From Candidatus Woesearchaeota archaeon (lineage in GTDB: Archaea; Nanobdellota; Nanobdellia; SCGC-AAA011-G17; JACPNG01), in the NCBI GenBank assembly GCA_017609525.1, contig JAFCDT010000002.1:4885-68884 (forward strand): a stretch of 64,000 nucleotides of DNA, given 5' to 3'. Numbering within the stretch: the first letter of the stretch is position 1; every line of letters starts with the position of its first letter. This document shows positions 30,310 to 40,278 of the stretch, piece after piece. The notes below the pieces were generated by a model. That model was not told where the DNA came from and searched no databases. It worked only from the letters and a program-made list of their open reading frames with translations. The translations under genes and the position numbers were made by a program.

Positions 30310-30746
30310 GTGAAGAACATATTGCAAAGGTTAATGGTAAGGATTTACCAATATCTACAAAGAACAGTATCGAAGTGTGTAATTTTATTAGAAATAAGAC
30401 TGTTGCTGATTCAAAAAGAATCCTGCAGGGCGTTTTAGAAGAAAAAAGGGCAATTCCTGCTAAAAGGTTCAATAAAGACAGAGGCCATAAAAGAGGGAGG
30501 ATTGCTGCAGGAATCTACCCGAAAAATGTTTGTAGGCAGATAATGATGTTGTTGGAATCGGCTGAAGCAAATGCTCAAAATAAAGGACTTAATGTTGACA
30601 ATTTAATAATTAAATCCATCACTGTTAACAAGGCTTCTGCGCCTTGGAGATATGGAAGATTTAGGAGAAGAAAAACAAAAAGGACACACATTAGTGTTGT
30701 TGTTGAAGAAGTAGAAAAAAAGCCAAAAGAGGGGGCTAAGAAATGA
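30306..30746 (+). CDS. rpl22: ribosomal protein uL22
   Basis: Position and conserved core ([18 protein letters not shown]..., [18 protein letters not shown]). Confidence 0.85.
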   Translation: MSEEHIAKVNGKDLPISTKNSIEVCNFIRNKTVADSKRILQGVLEEKRAIPAKRFNKDRGHKRGRIAAGIYPKNVCRQIMMLLESAEANAQNKGLNVDNLIIKSITVNKASAPWRYGRFRRRKTKRTHISVVVEEVEKKPKEGAKK

Positions 30747-31504
30747 TAGAAAGAAAATTTGTATCTCAAAAAATAAAAGAACATATGGTCCAGGAATTTA
30801 TAGCTAATGAGCTTGATAAGTCTGGACACAATAGAATAGAAATAAAAAGAACCCCTCTTGGAGAGAAAATTATCATTTATACTCCTCGCCCTGGTTTAAT
30901 TGTGGGTAGAAAGGGAGAAAACATCAAGAAATTAACTGCTACTTTAAAAAATAAATTTCAAATGGAAAACCCTCAAATAGAGGTTTCTGAAATAGAAGAT
31001 CCATTTTTAGATCCCAATGCTGTTGTTGATAAGATAGTCTATACTCTTGAGAGGTTTGGACCTAAGCGGTTTAAATTTGTAGGTTATCAAACTCTTCAAA
31101 GGATCATGGATGCTGGAGCACTTGGAGCTGAGATTGTAATTGGAGGAGTGGGGGTGCCTGGAGCTAGAGCAAAGAGTTGGAGATTTTCAGATGGTTACTT
31201 GAAAAAAGTTGGGAATGTTTCTCAAACACAGGTGTTAAGAGCTGAGGCTGTGGCAAACCTTAGAAGGGGGAGCATTGGAGTTAAGATTAGTATCTTGCCA
31301 CCGGACTTGAAGCTACCTGACAAAATCTTAATTAAAAAAGAGGAAAAAGAAGTTGAGAAGGTGGAAGAAAAAACTCAGGAAATTGTTAAAGAAGAACCTG
31401 AAGAAAAGAAAGAGGAAAACGAAAAGAAACCTAAGGAAGAAAAATCAGAAGAAAATAATAAAAAAACCGTAAAGGAAAAAGATGGCAATAATAAAAAAAA
31501 GTGA
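30743..31504 (+). CDS. rps3: ribosomal protein uS3, with a roughly 60-aa Lys/Glu-rich C-terminal extension
   Basis: KH domain (IEIKRTPLGEKIIIYTPRPGLIVGRKGENIKKL) and S3 C-domain. The tail [53 protein letters not shown] is low complexity. Confidence 0.9.
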   Translation: MIERKFVSQKIKEHMVQEFIANELDKSGHNRIEIKRTPLGEKIIIYTPRPGLIVGRKGENIKKLTATLKNKFQMENPQIEVSEIEDPFLDPNAVVDKIVYTLERFGPKRFKFVGYQTLQRIMDAGALGAEIVIGGVGVPGARAKSWRFSDGYLKKVGNVSQTQVLRAEAVANLRRGSIGVKISILPPDLKLPDKILIKKEEKEVEKVEEKTQEIVKEEPEEKKEENEKKPKEEKSEENNKKTVKEKDGNNKKK

Positions 31505-31700
31505 AATGAAAAATATGGGTGAAGCTCAACTAAAGGCTAAACTCAAAGATCTCAATACAGAATTAATTAAAATAAATGCTCAAATTTCAAGTGGAACTGC
31601 ACCTCAAAATCCAGGGAATGTTCGCGAAATTAAAAAAACAATTGCAAAAATATTAACAAAACTAAATGAAAAGAAAAGGGAGGGTAAAGAAAAGGAATGA
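31482..31700 (+). CDS. rpl29: ribosomal protein uL29
   Basis: [30 protein letters not shown], 72 aa. Confidence 0.8.
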   Translation: MAIIKKSEMKNMGEAQLKAKLKDLNTELIKINAQISSGTAPQNPGNVREIKKTIAKILTKLNEKKREGKEKE

Positions 31701-32011
31701 CTGAAATATGCCCCAAATGTGGGCTTCCAAAAGATACTCTTTGCATGTGCGAAGTTATAGCCAAAGAAGATCAAAAAATCAAGATAAAAACTGTAAAAAG
31801 AAAGTTTGGAAAGTTAATGACTGTGATTGAGGGCATAAATCAAAAGGAGATTGGTATCAAGGACCTTACAAAAAAACTTAAATCACAGCTTGCATGTGGA
31901 GGTACTGCTAAAGGAGGTATAATTGAACTCCAAGGGAATCATGCTGATAAAGTTGTTGAGGCATTAATTGGATTGGGATTTTCAAAGGAGAGCATCACAA
32001 AAACCAAATAA
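31697..32011 (+). CDS. sui1: translation initiation factor SUI1 (aSUI1/eIF1)
   Basis: Zn-ribbon N-terminus [14 protein letters not shown] plus SUI1 fold (KLMTVIEGI...[26 protein letters not shown]). Confidence 0.8.
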   Translation: MTEICPKCGLPKDTLCMCEVIAKEDQKIKIKTVKRKFGKLMTVIEGINQKEIGIKDLTKKLKSQLACGGTAKGGIIELQGNHADKVVEALIGLGFSKESITKTK

Positions 32012-32012
32012 G

Positions 32013-32288
32013 ATGGGGGTTTATGATTATATCGCAAAAGGTGAATTGATAGGTTTAAATTTAAAGATAATTGAATCAAAAAACCAAGATTTGGTGGGAT
32101 TGCAAGGAAAGGTAATTGATGAAACAAAAAACATGCTAACAATCGAAACAAAAAAAGGAATTAAAAAAATAATAAAATCAGAAATCAAAATGAGATTGAA
32201 CGTAAAAGGGAAAGAATTTGATGTTGATGGAAAAATATTAGTGAGAAGACCAGAAGATCGGATAAAAAAAGTAAGAGGATTAAAATGA
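32013..32288 (+). CDS. rnp1: RNase P protein subunit Rpp29/Pop4 (Rnp1)
   Basis: GELIGLNLKIIESKNQDLVGLQGKVIDETKNMLTIETKKG...ILVRRPEDR (Sm-like fold), in the conserved position between L29/SUI1 and S17. Start taken at ATG 32013. Confidence 0.65.
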   Translation: MGVYDYIAKGELIGLNLKIIESKNQDLVGLQGKVIDETKNMLTIETKKGIKKIIKSEIKMRLNVKGKEFDVDGKILVRRPEDRIKKVRGLK

Positions 32289-32602
32289 ACATTGGAATTA
32301 ATGTAAAGCTGCCTAAGAAAAAATGTGAAGACAAAAAATGTCCCTTTCATGGAAAGATTAAACCTAGGGGAAGATCTTTTTTAGGTGAAGTTTTGAAAGT
32401 CAATCTGCATAAAACAATTGTTGTGGGATGGAAGCGAACAATTTATCTTCCAAAATATGAGAGATATGAAAAAAGAAATACAAAATTACATGTTCACAAA
32501 CCAGATTGTATTGATGTTAATGTGGGTGATAAGGTTAGGATTATGGAAGTCAGGCCTATTAGCAAAATGAAGAATTTTGTTGTTATTGAGGTAATGAAAT
32601 GA
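32285..32602 (+). CDS. rps17: ribosomal protein uS17
   Basis: CEDKKCPFHGKIKPRGRSFLGEVLKV...VGDKVRIMEVRPISKMKNFVVIEV. Confidence 0.85.
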   Translation: MNIGINVKLPKKKCEDKKCPFHGKIKPRGRSFLGEVLKVNLHKTIVVGWKRTIYLPKYERYEKRNTKLHVHKPDCIDVNVGDKVRIMEVRPISKMKNFVVIEVMK

Positions 32603-33000
32603 AAGCAAAGAATGCTAGAGTAACAAGGGGAATACCTACCGGTGCCAGAGTTAAAACATGCGATAACTCTGGAGCAAAAATAGTTAGAATATTTACAGTT
32701 TATGGAGTTGGTACTACAAAGAGAAGAAGAGCTGCGGCTGGTGTGGGGGATAAAGTTATGGGCTCTGTGATTAAAGGAAGGCCCGATATGAGAAAAAAAG
32801 TAGTACAATGCGTGATTGTCAGGCAAAAAAAAGAATACAGAAGACCTAATGGAAGGAGAATAAAATTTGAAGATAATGCCTTAGTGGTATTAAAAGATGA
32901 AAAAGGGAATCCAAAAGGTACTATGTTTAAGGGACCTATTGCTAAGGAGGCAGCTACTCGTTGGCCTGCAATATCTAAGATAGCGGGGATGATAGTATGA
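32599..33000 (+). CDS. rpl14: ribosomal protein uL14
   Basis: TCDNSGAKIVRIF...GDKVMGSVIKGRPDMRKKVVQCVIVRQKKEYRRPNG. Confidence 0.9.
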   Translation: MKAKNARVTRGIPTGARVKTCDNSGAKIVRIFTVYGVGTTKRRRAAAGVGDKVMGSVIKGRPDMRKKVVQCVIVRQKKEYRRPNGRRIKFEDNALVVLKDEKGNPKGTMFKGPIAKEAATRWPAISKIAGMIV

Positions 33001-33389
33001 AAGAGTGGTCTAATGCATGGAAAAGTAGTAAGAACCCTGGGAAACAAAGAAAGTATAGATATAATGCTCCTTTGCACATTAAAAAAAGGTTCTTAACTGT
33101 CAATCTGGCTAAAGACCTTAGAACCAAATTTAAAAGGAGAAATATAGGAGTAAGAAAAAAAGATAAAGTAAAGATCCTTCGGGGGCAGTTTAAAAATAAA
33201 ACTGGGATAGTGAATAAAATTAGTGTAAAAAAATGTAAGGTTTATGTGGATGGTATTGAGCAAGTGAGGAAAGACGGAACAAAATCATTTTATCCATTAA
33301 CTCCCTCAAATCTTCAAATAATTGAATTGAATTTAGATGATAAAAGGAGAATTAAAATAAAGAAAGATGGTAAAGAGACACCTAAGTAG
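32997..33389 (+). CDS. rpl24: ribosomal protein uL24 (KOW)
   Basis: KKDKVKILRGQFKNKTGIVNKISVKKCKVYVDGIE. Confidence 0.85.
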   Translation: MKEWSNAWKSSKNPGKQRKYRYNAPLHIKKRFLTVNLAKDLRTKFKRRNIGVRKKDKVKILRGQFKNKTGIVNKISVKKCKVYVDGIEQVRKDGTKSFYPLTPSNLQIIELNLDDKRRIKIKKDGKETPK

Positions 33390-34056
33390 ATTAAATGCGC
33401 CAAAAAATTGGCCAATAAAGAGGAAAGGAATTAAATTTATAGCTAGACCTCTGCCAGGTGCGCACCCATTAAGACAATGTATTACATTAAGTGTTGTTAT
33501 GAAAGATATCTTGAATTATGCTAAAACTGCAAGGGAACTTAAGACAATATTGAATGCGGGCAAGGTTTTAGTTAATAAAAAAATAATAAAAAATCCTAGA
33601 TTTAGTATGGGGATAATGGATATTCTGGAGATTCCTGAGACAAAGGAAACTTATGTGCTATTGCTAAATAAAAAAAATAAATTTTATCTCAATAAAATTA
33701 AAGATAGTGAAGATAAATTTTGTAAGATAAATGGTAAGACTATTTTAAAGAAAGGAAAACTGCAATTAAATCTTTTTGATGGAAGAAATGTATTGGTGGA
33801 TAAAAAAGACGGATACAATGTAGGAGATAGTATCATCTTAGATCTTACCAAAAATAAGATTAAAAAGCATTTAAAATTGGAAAAAGGAGCATTAATCTAT
33901 TTAATTGGCGGAAAACACCTTGGTATGGTTGGTGTTGTAGAGGATATTAAAAAGAAAGAAAATGAAAAGCCAAAAATTACATTCAAAACAAAAAAAGACC
34001 GATTTGAAACACTTAAGGAATATGCTTTTGTTATTAGCGGAGATATTGTGAAATGA
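33367..34056 (+). CDS. rps4e: ribosomal protein eS4
   Basis: MVKRHLSRLNAPKNWPIKRKGIKFIARPLPGAHPLRQCITL (S4e N-domain), KOW region. Confidence 0.85.
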   Translation: MVKRHLSRLNAPKNWPIKRKGIKFIARPLPGAHPLRQCITLSVVMKDILNYAKTARELKTILNAGKVLVNKKIIKNPRFSMGIMDILEIPETKETYVLLLNKKNKFYLNKIKDSEDKFCKINGKTILKKGKLQLNLFDGRNVLVDKKDGYNVGDSIILDLTKNKIKKHLKLEKGALIYLIGGKHLGMVGVVEDIKKKENEKPKITFKTKKDRFETLKEYAFVISGDIVK

Positions 34057-34550
34057 AAGAAATAAAGATAGACAAGGTTACTTTGAACATTGGGGTTGGA
34101 GAACCTGGTGATAGGTTGGATAAAGCAATGAAATTATTGGCTAATCTCACTGGGTCTAAGCCTGTACAAACAAAGGCCAAGGATAGAATTCCTACCTGGA
34201 GCATAAGGCCTGGTTTAGCAATTGCAGCAAAAATAACCTTAAGAAAAGAAAAAGCTAAGGAGATTTTGAAAAGATTACTTGAAGCTGTTAACAATGAACT
34301 TAACAATAGGTGTTTTGATAATGAAGGAAACTTTTCATTTGGGATTAAGGAATACCTTGACATTCCTGGAACTAAATATGATGCCAGCGTTGGAATGATG
34401 GGATTGGAAGTTGCAGTTACCCTTATGAGGCCAGGATTTAGGGTTAAAAGAAGAAGGATTCGCCGATGTAAGATTCCGGCTAAGCACAGAATAAGTAAGG
34501 AGGAAACCATTGAATTCATGAAAAAAGAATTCGGTGTGATTGTAAAATGA
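34053..34550 (+). CDS. rpl5: ribosomal protein uL5
   Basis: [20 protein letters not shown]...[18 protein letters not shown]. Confidence 0.9.
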   Translation: MKEIKIDKVTLNIGVGEPGDRLDKAMKLLANLTGSKPVQTKAKDRIPTWSIRPGLAIAAKITLRKEKAKEILKRLLEAVNNELNNRCFDNEGNFSFGIKEYLDIPGTKYDASVGMMGLEVAVTLMRPGFRVKRRRIRRCKIPAKHRISKEETIEFMKKEFGVIVK

Positions 34551-34777
34551 CCATAAGTGATTACAAGAAGGTTTTCAAACAATTGAAGAATAACCCTGTG
34601 AAGTTAAAGAAATTTTTAAAGCATAATAAACCAAAAGCTAGGAGGTTTGGTAAATCAACTAAGAAGTGCAAAAGGTGTGGTACAAGCAGAGGCTATATTG
34701 GGAAATATCACCTTGGATATTGTAGGCGGTGCTTTAGAGAGAATGCACGAGAGTTAGGTTTCCAAAAATACCGATAA
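34547..34777 (+). CDS. rps14: ribosomal protein uS14 (zinc-binding type)
   Basis: [25 protein letters not shown]. Confidence 0.85.
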   Translation: MTISDYKKVFKQLKNNPVKLKKFLKHNKPKARRFGKSTKKCKRCGTSRGYIGKYHLGYCRRCFRENARELGFQKYR

Positions 34778-34778
34778 A

Positions 34779-35168
34779 ATGATGAATGATATATTGGCTA
34801 ATGCATTATCTAATATTATTAATGCAGAACGCGTTGGAAAAGAGTTTTGCATAGTCAAGCCTACCTCAAAAGTTATTAAAAAAGTGTTGGATATTTTGCA
34901 TGAAAATCATTATATTGGAGAGATAAAATATATTGAAAATAACAAAGGAGGAATTTATAAAATAAATTTGATAGGAAAAATAAACAATGTAGGAGTTGTT
35001 AAGCCAAAGTTTTCTGTTAAAAGCGGAGGTTTTGAGAAATTTGAAAAAAGATTTCTTCCTGCACAGGACTTCGGTTTATTGGTGGTTTCTACTTCTCAAG
35101 GCATTATGACTCATTATCAAGCTAAAGAAAAGAAAATTGGAGGAAAATTGCTAGCCTTTTGTTATTAA
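34779..35168 (+). CDS. rps8: ribosomal protein uS8
   Basis: MMNDILANALSNIINAERVGK... Confidence 0.85.
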   Translation: MMNDILANALSNIINAERVGKEFCIVKPTSKVIKKVLDILHENHYIGEIKYIENNKGGIYKINLIGKINNVGVVKPKFSVKSGGFEKFEKRFLPAQDFGLLVVSTSQGIMTHYQAKEKKIGGKLLAFCY

Positions 35169-35169
35169 A

Positions 35170-35715
35170 ATGAAGAAAGATATCAAGGTAGAAATAGAAA
35201 TTCCAGAAAATGTGGAAGTTGAACTAGCTGGAAAAAAATTAAGAGTTAAGGCAGGCAATAATGAAGTAGAAAGAAGTTTTTTGGATCCTTGCATTGAGAT
35301 TAAAAAAGAGGGCAATAAAATAGTTTTATTTTCAAAAAAAGGCACTAAAAGAGAAAAGGCAATGGTTGGGACATTCAAGGCACACATAGCCAACATAATG
35401 AAGGGTGTCAGTGAAGGATTTGAATATAGGTTAAAGATTTGTTCTAGCCATTTTCCGATGTCAGTTAATGTGGAGGATAATCATGTATTAATAAAAAATT
35501 TCTTGGGAGAAAAAATTCCAAGAAAAGCTAAAATCTTGAAGGGTGTGGATATTAAAATAGATGGAGAAGAGATTGTTGTGAAAGGGGATGATATTGAAAA
35601 AGTTGGACAAACTGCTGCAAATATAGAACAAGCATGCAGGATTAATAAAAGAGACAGAAGAGTTTTCCAAGATGGATGTTATATTACAAAAAAAGCTAGA
35701 GGAGATTTAGCATGA
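35170..35715 (+). CDS. rpl6: ribosomal protein uL6
   Basis: Two L6 repeats. Conserved cluster position. Confidence 0.85.
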   Translation: MKKDIKVEIEIPENVEVELAGKKLRVKAGNNEVERSFLDPCIEIKKEGNKIVLFSKKGTKREKAMVGTFKAHIANIMKGVSEGFEYRLKICSSHFPMSVNVEDNHVLIKNFLGEKIPRKAKILKGVDIKIDGEEIVVKGDDIEKVGQTAANIEQACRINKRDRRVFQDGCYITKKARGDLA

Positions 35716-36287
35716 AAGAATTATTAAATGTCAGGAAGGAATTAAAAAAGAAGAAACCAACCTTTCTTAGACAGGATGCTCATAAAGTAAAAAGACTAAA
35801 GAAAAATTGGCGGAGGCCTAAAGGAAGACACTCAAAGATGAGGTTAAGATTCGGGGGGTATAGGAAATTGCCGGCAGTGGGTTATTCTTCTCCTAAAAAA
35901 GTAAGAGGATTAACCAGAGAAGGATTTAAGGAAATTATTGTCAACAATATCAAAGATTTAGACAGGATAAATGAGAACTCTGTCGCTGTTATCGGGAGTA
36001 CTGTTGGATTGAAGAAAAGGTTGGAGATATTAAAAAAAATAAAAGAACTGAAACTTAAATGTAATTTTAAAGATATTGATGGTTTTATTAAAAAGGCTAT
36101 GGAAAACATTGAGAAGAAAAAAGCCCTAGCAAAGAAAAAAATTGAACTTAAAGAAAAAGCAAAGAAAGAAGCATTGAAAAAAGTAGAACAAAAGAAAGAG
36201 AAAAAACCCACTGAAAAAGAGATAAAAGAAGAGAAAAAGAAAGTACTAGAGAAAAGAAGAAAAGGAAGAGAGGGTGAGCTTACATGA
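35712..36287 (+). CDS. rpl32e: ribosomal protein eL32, with a roughly 70-aa Lys/Glu-rich C-terminal extension
   Basis: FLRQDAHKVKRLKKNWRRPKGRHSKMRLRFGGYRKLPAVGYSSPKKVRG core, then KKIELKEKAKKEALKKVEQKKEKKPTEKEIKEEKKKVLEKRRKG tail. Confidence 0.8.
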   Translation: MKELLNVRKELKKKKPTFLRQDAHKVKRLKKNWRRPKGRHSKMRLRFGGYRKLPAVGYSSPKKVRGLTREGFKEIIVNNIKDLDRINENSVAVIGSTVGLKKRLEILKKIKELKLKCNFKDIDGFIKKAMENIEKKKALAKKKIELKEKAKKEALKKVEQKKEKKPTEKEIKEEKKKVLEKRRKGREGELT

Positions 36288-36772
36288 AAGGGTTAGCTAA
36301 TAAAAAAAGACTGGCCGCCCAATTATTGAAGGTGGGGGAAAATCGAGTCTGGTTAGATAGATCCCGATTAGATGAAATAAAAGAAGCTATTACCAAGGTT
36401 GATGTTAAAGGTTTAATCAAAGATAGAGCAATTCAGGCTAGACCTGTCAGTGGACAGTCTGGTCATAGGAGAAGAAAAAAGATAGTCCAAAAAAGAAAGG
36501 GAAGACTTAGAGGACCTGGATCAAGAAAAGGGAAAAGAACCGCCAGGTTATCAAAAAAAGAAGCATGGATGATTAAAATCAGAAAGCAGAGGGCAACCTT
36601 AAAAGATTTGAAAGATAAAAAATTAATATCCACTAAGGATTATCGTATGGCTTATAAAAAAGCAAAAGGAGGTTTTTTTAGGAGCAAAAGACATGTCTTG
36701 TTGTTTTTAGAGGAACAAGGATTATTGAAGAAAAATGAAAGGGTTCAAGAGAAAAAAACAGGGAAAAACTGA
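36284..36772 (+). CDS. rpl19e: ribosomal protein eL19
   Basis: MKGLANKKRLAAQLLKVGENRVWLD... Confidence 0.8.
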   Translation: MKGLANKKRLAAQLLKVGENRVWLDRSRLDEIKEAITKVDVKGLIKDRAIQARPVSGQSGHRRRKKIVQKRKGRLRGPGSRKGKRTARLSKKEAWMIKIRKQRATLKDLKDKKLISTKDYRMAYKKAKGGFFRSKRHVLLFLEEQGLLKKNERVQEKKTGKN

Positions 36773-37292
36773 TTATAAACAAAGATTAAGATTAATCAGT
36801 TCAGGGAAAATAAGACTAGTAATTAGAAAAACGAATAAGAATGTGATCGTTCAGTTTATTGAATACGCTCCTAAAGGAGATCTTATCAAGGTTTCAAGTC
36901 ACACCAATGAACTAAAAAAATATGGATGGAATGGTTCAAGAAGGAATAGCTATTGCGCATATCTTGCAGGATTATTAGCAGGATTAAAGGCTATTAAAAA
37001 AGATATACCCTCGGCCATTTTAGACATTGGGCTTAATAAATCTATTAAAGGGAGCATCTTATATGCTGCACTTAAAGGAGTATTAGACTCTGGTGTAAAT
37101 GTTCCACATTCAAAAGATATCTTACCAAAAGAGGAAAGAATTAAAGGACAACAAGTTGCAGAATATGCTAAAAAAATTGGAGAAGAAAAAAATAAAAGAT
37201 TTTCAGGGTACTTAAAGAATAAAGTTAATCCAGAAGAAATACCTAAACTTTTTGAAGTTGTTAAGAAGAAAATATTAGAAAAATGGAAATAA
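36735..37292 (+). CDS. rpl18: ribosomal protein uL18
   Basis: GKTDYKQRLRLISSGKIRLVIRKTNKNVIVQFIEY. Confidence 0.8.
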   Translation: MKGFKRKKQGKTDYKQRLRLISSGKIRLVIRKTNKNVIVQFIEYAPKGDLIKVSSHTNELKKYGWNGSRRNSYCAYLAGLLAGLKAIKKDIPSAILDIGLNKSIKGSILYAALKGVLDSGVNVPHSKDILPKEERIKGQQVAEYAKKIGEEKNKRFSGYLKNKVNPEEIPKLFEVVKKKILEKWK

Positions 37293-37999
37293 AAAAGGAA
37301 AATACTGGGGAAAAAGGGAAAAAGAATCCTTCATTTGATAAAGAAAGCTGGAAGCCTAAAACAAAATTGGGTAAAATGATTAAGGCTGGAAAAGTAAAAA
37401 CCATGGATGAAGTTTTAGAAAAGGGTTATAAGATTTTAGAGCCTGAAATAGTTGATTGTCTTTTACCTAATTTAGAGTCTGATTTACTCTCATTTGGACA
37501 GTCTAAAGGTAAGTTTGGAGGAGGCAAAAAAAGTATTTGGAGACAAACTCAGAAAAAAACAAAAGAAGGCAATAAACCAAGATTCTCAGCTTTAGCTATT
37601 GTTGGTACCAAAGATGGTTACATTGGTGTTGGCAGAGGCAAAGCAAAAGAAACAGTACCTGCCAGAGAAAAGGCAGTTAGAAGAGCTAAACTAAATATAA
37701 TCAAGATTAAAAAAGGGTGTGGTTCTTGGGAGGGTGATCCAAGCGGAGATAATTCAATTCCTTTTAAGGTTAGAGGAAAATGCGGAAGTGTTATTATTGA
37801 ATTAATTCCTGCTCCAGTGGGAAGTGACTTAAAGGTAGAAGAAGAATGTAAAAAACTGCTAAGCTTAGCAGGAATAAGAGATCTTTATTCCAGGACATAT
37901 GGTAAGACTAAAACTAAAATAAACTTAATTTATGCTTGTTTTAATGCATTAAAACAACTAACTAAAATGAAGGTTAATGAAGGACTAAAGAAAAAGTGA
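37283..37999 (+). CDS. rps5: ribosomal protein uS5
   Basis: dsRBD-like and S5 C-domain (RFSALAIVGTKDGYIGVGRGKAKETVPAREKAVRRAK...). Confidence 0.85.
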   Translation: MEIKKENTGEKGKKNPSFDKESWKPKTKLGKMIKAGKVKTMDEVLEKGYKILEPEIVDCLLPNLESDLLSFGQSKGKFGGGKKSIWRQTQKKTKEGNKPRFSALAIVGTKDGYIGVGRGKAKETVPAREKAVRRAKLNIIKIKKGCGSWEGDPSGDNSIPFKVRGKCGSVIIELIPAPVGSDLKVEEECKKLLSLAGIRDLYSRTYGKTKTKINLIYACFNALKQLTKMKVNEGLKKK

Positions 38000-38466
38000 A
38001 AAGAATAGCAATAATCAGGATTAGAGGAAGAGTAAAGGTAAAGAAAGAAATAGAAGATACTATGAGATTATTAAGGTTATTCAATAAACACTCTTGCGTT
38101 GTGGTGAGCAGTACTGAAAGTGTTGTTGGTATGATTAAAAAGATTAAAGATTATGTAACTTGGGGCGAAATTAATGAAGAAACTTTCAAAAATTTATTAG
38201 AGAAAAGAGGAAAACTGGCTGGAAAACAGAAGTTTAGTGAAGCATATTTAAAAGAAAAAACAAAACTTAATTTAAATGATTTCGTTAAAGAGTTTTTTGA
38301 ATTTAAAAAAGAACTTAAAGACATTCCGGGTTTAAAACTCTTCTTTAAATTATGTTCTCCCCGAAAGGGATTTGAAAAAAAAGGTATTAAGGTTCCTTTT
38401 TCTCTAGGAGGGGTTTTGGGCTATAGAAAAGAAAAGATAAATGATCTTATTATGAGGATGCTGTAA
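37996..38466 (+). CDS. rpl30: ribosomal protein uL30
   Basis: MKRIAIIRIRGRVKVKKEIEDTMRLLRL... archaeal long-form L30. Confidence 0.8.
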   Translation: MKRIAIIRIRGRVKVKKEIEDTMRLLRLFNKHSCVVVSSTESVVGMIKKIKDYVTWGEINEETFKNLLEKRGKLAGKQKFSEAYLKEKTKLNLNDFVKEFFEFKKELKDIPGLKLFFKLCSPRKGFEKKGIKVPFSLGGVLGYRKEKINDLIMRML

Positions 38467-38467
38467 G

Positions 38468-38872
38468 ATGATTAGCAGAAGAAAAAAGAAAGTAAAGAGA
38501 AGAGGACATAAAACTCATGGTTGGGGTAGTAAGAAAAAGAGAAGGGGGGCAGGAAATCGTGGAGGAAGAGGAATGGCTGGATCTGGAAAGAGAGCAGATC
38601 AGAAAAAGCCCAGCATAATAAAAAAGTATGGCAATAAATACTTTGGAAAAAGAGGGTTTAAAAGACCTCAAAATCAAATTAAGAAAATAAAAACAATTAA
38701 TGTTCATGAGCTAAATCAGTTTAAGGACAAGGTAGATTTAATAGAGTTAGGTTATAATAAGTTATTAGGCAAGGGAAAAATAGAAAAAGCCATTGAGGTT
38801 AAAGTTGCTTTTGCTTCAAAAAAAGCTGTAGAAAAAGTAGAAAAAGTTGGAGGAAAAGTAATAAACGAGTAA
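38468..38872 (+). CDS. rpl15: ribosomal protein uL15
   Basis: RRGHKTHGWGSKKKRRGAGNRGGRGMAGSGKR. Confidence 0.8.
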   Translation: MISRRKKKVKRRGHKTHGWGSKKKRRGAGNRGGRGMAGSGKRADQKKPSIIKKYGNKYFGKRGFKRPQNQIKKIKTINVHELNQFKDKVDLIELGYNKLLGKGKIEKAIEVKVAFASKKAVEKVEKVGGKVINE

Positions 38873-38873
38873 A

Positions 38874-40277
38874 ATGGGATTTTTTAAGAATCTCTTAATG
38901 AATTTGCCTGAGGTAAGGGGTCCTGCTCAGAAAAAACTTTCTTTTAAGGAAAAGCTAAGATGGACCCTGCTTATGCTAGTTGCTTTTTTTGTATTATCTG
39001 TTATCCCTCTTTTTGGACTGGGTGATAACCAATTAGCACAGTTTGAACAATTATCTATCATTCTTGGAGCAAACTTTGGTTCCATTATGTCCTTAGGGAT
39101 AGGACCAATTGTTACTGCATCTATTGTATTACAATTATTAAAAGGGTCTGGATTACTGAAGTTGGATACAACTACTCATGAAGGAAGGACTTTTTTTCAA
39201 GGTATTCAAAAAGTATTGGCTGTATTTTTTATTGTATTTGAAGCAATTATTTATGTTTTAATGGGCGGTTTGGCGCCATCTGCTACTTTGATGCCGGCGG
39301 CACATTCTTTTGCTCAATTTTTATTGATAATCCAATTATGTTTTGGTGGGTTTTTAGTATTATTCATGGATGAAGTAATACAGAAATGGGGATTTGGTTC
39401 TGGTATTAGTTTATTCATTGCAGCCGGAGTATCTAGCCAACTGGTTGTAAGAGCATTTTCACCCTTAACAGTTAATGGTTTGTGGGCTTTTGGCACATCC
39501 CAGGCACCTGTTGGACAAATTTGGGTGTTCTTTGGATCATTACTCTCAAGAAATCCTGTCGGGGCTTCTTTGGCACTTAGTGCAATATTGGCAACCATTG
39601 TAGTTTTTATGTTTTCCATATATGGTCAAGCAATGAAGGTAGAGATACCACTAAGCTTTGGAAGGATAAGGGGGCATGGTATCAGATGGCCTTTGAATTT
39701 TATTTATACAAGCAATATTCCAGTAATTTTGGTTGCTGCTTTGTTAGCGAATATACAGTTATGGGCGAAGTTATTAGAAAGATGGGGCCATCCTATTTTA
39801 GGAACTTTTGTTGGAAACCAGCCAGTGAGCGGGTTTGTTTCGTGGATCTTTGCCCCGAGTATCATAGGTGATATTATTAAAGGAACTTTTACTCCTTCAG
39901 TATTAGTTCATGCTTTAGTATACTGTCTATTCATGATTGGAGGAGCAGTACTATTTTCTATTTTTTGGATGCAAACTGCTGGAATGGACGCAAGAAGTCA
40001 GGCTCAGCAAATAATGAGTTCTGGATTACAGATTCCAGGTTTTAGAAGAGACCCAAGAGTCATAGAGCAAATTTTAAAAAGGTATATCTTTCCTTTAACT
40101 GTGATGGGCGGAGCGACTGTTGGTTTTTTAGCAGCATCTGCTGACTTATTGGGGGCACTAAGCAGAGGGACAGGGATATTATTGACTGTTATGATTGTGT
40201 ATAGGCTATATGAAGAAATTGCGCAACAACACATGGTGGATATGAATCCTATGTTTAGGAAAATGATGGGTAAATAA
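38874..40277 (+). CDS. secY: preprotein translocase subunit SecY
   Basis: 467 aa, 10 TM pattern, plug/hinge motifs (SLGIGPIVTASIVLQLL, GISLFI), terminal gene of the spc-like cluster. Confidence 0.9.
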   Translation: MGFFKNLLMNLPEVRGPAQKKLSFKEKLRWTLLMLVAFFVLSVIPLFGLGDNQLAQFEQLSIILGANFGSIMSLGIGPIVTASIVLQLLKGSGLLKLDTTTHEGRTFFQGIQKVLAVFFIVFEAIIYVLMGGLAPSATLMPAAHSFAQFLLIIQLCFGGFLVLFMDEVIQKWGFGSGISLFIAAGVSSQLVVRAFSPLTVNGLWAFGTSQAPVGQIWVFFGSLLSRNPVGASLALSAILATIVVFMFSIYGQAMKVEIPLSFGRIRGHGIRWPLNFIYTSNIPVILVAALLANIQLWAKLLERWGHPILGTFVGNQPVSGFVSWIFAPSIIGDIIKGTFTPSVLVHALVYCLFMIGGAVLFSIFWMQTAGMDARSQAQQIMSSGLQIPGFRRDPRVIEQILKRYIFPLTVMGGATVGFLAASADLLGALSRGTGILLTVMIVYRLYEEIAQQHMVDMNPMFRKMMGK

Positions 40278-40278
40278 A

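Noticed and set aside
32027-33077. Minus-strand ORFs 32027-32350, 32494-32826, 32700-33077
   Set aside because: Antisense shadows within rnp1/S17/L14/L24.
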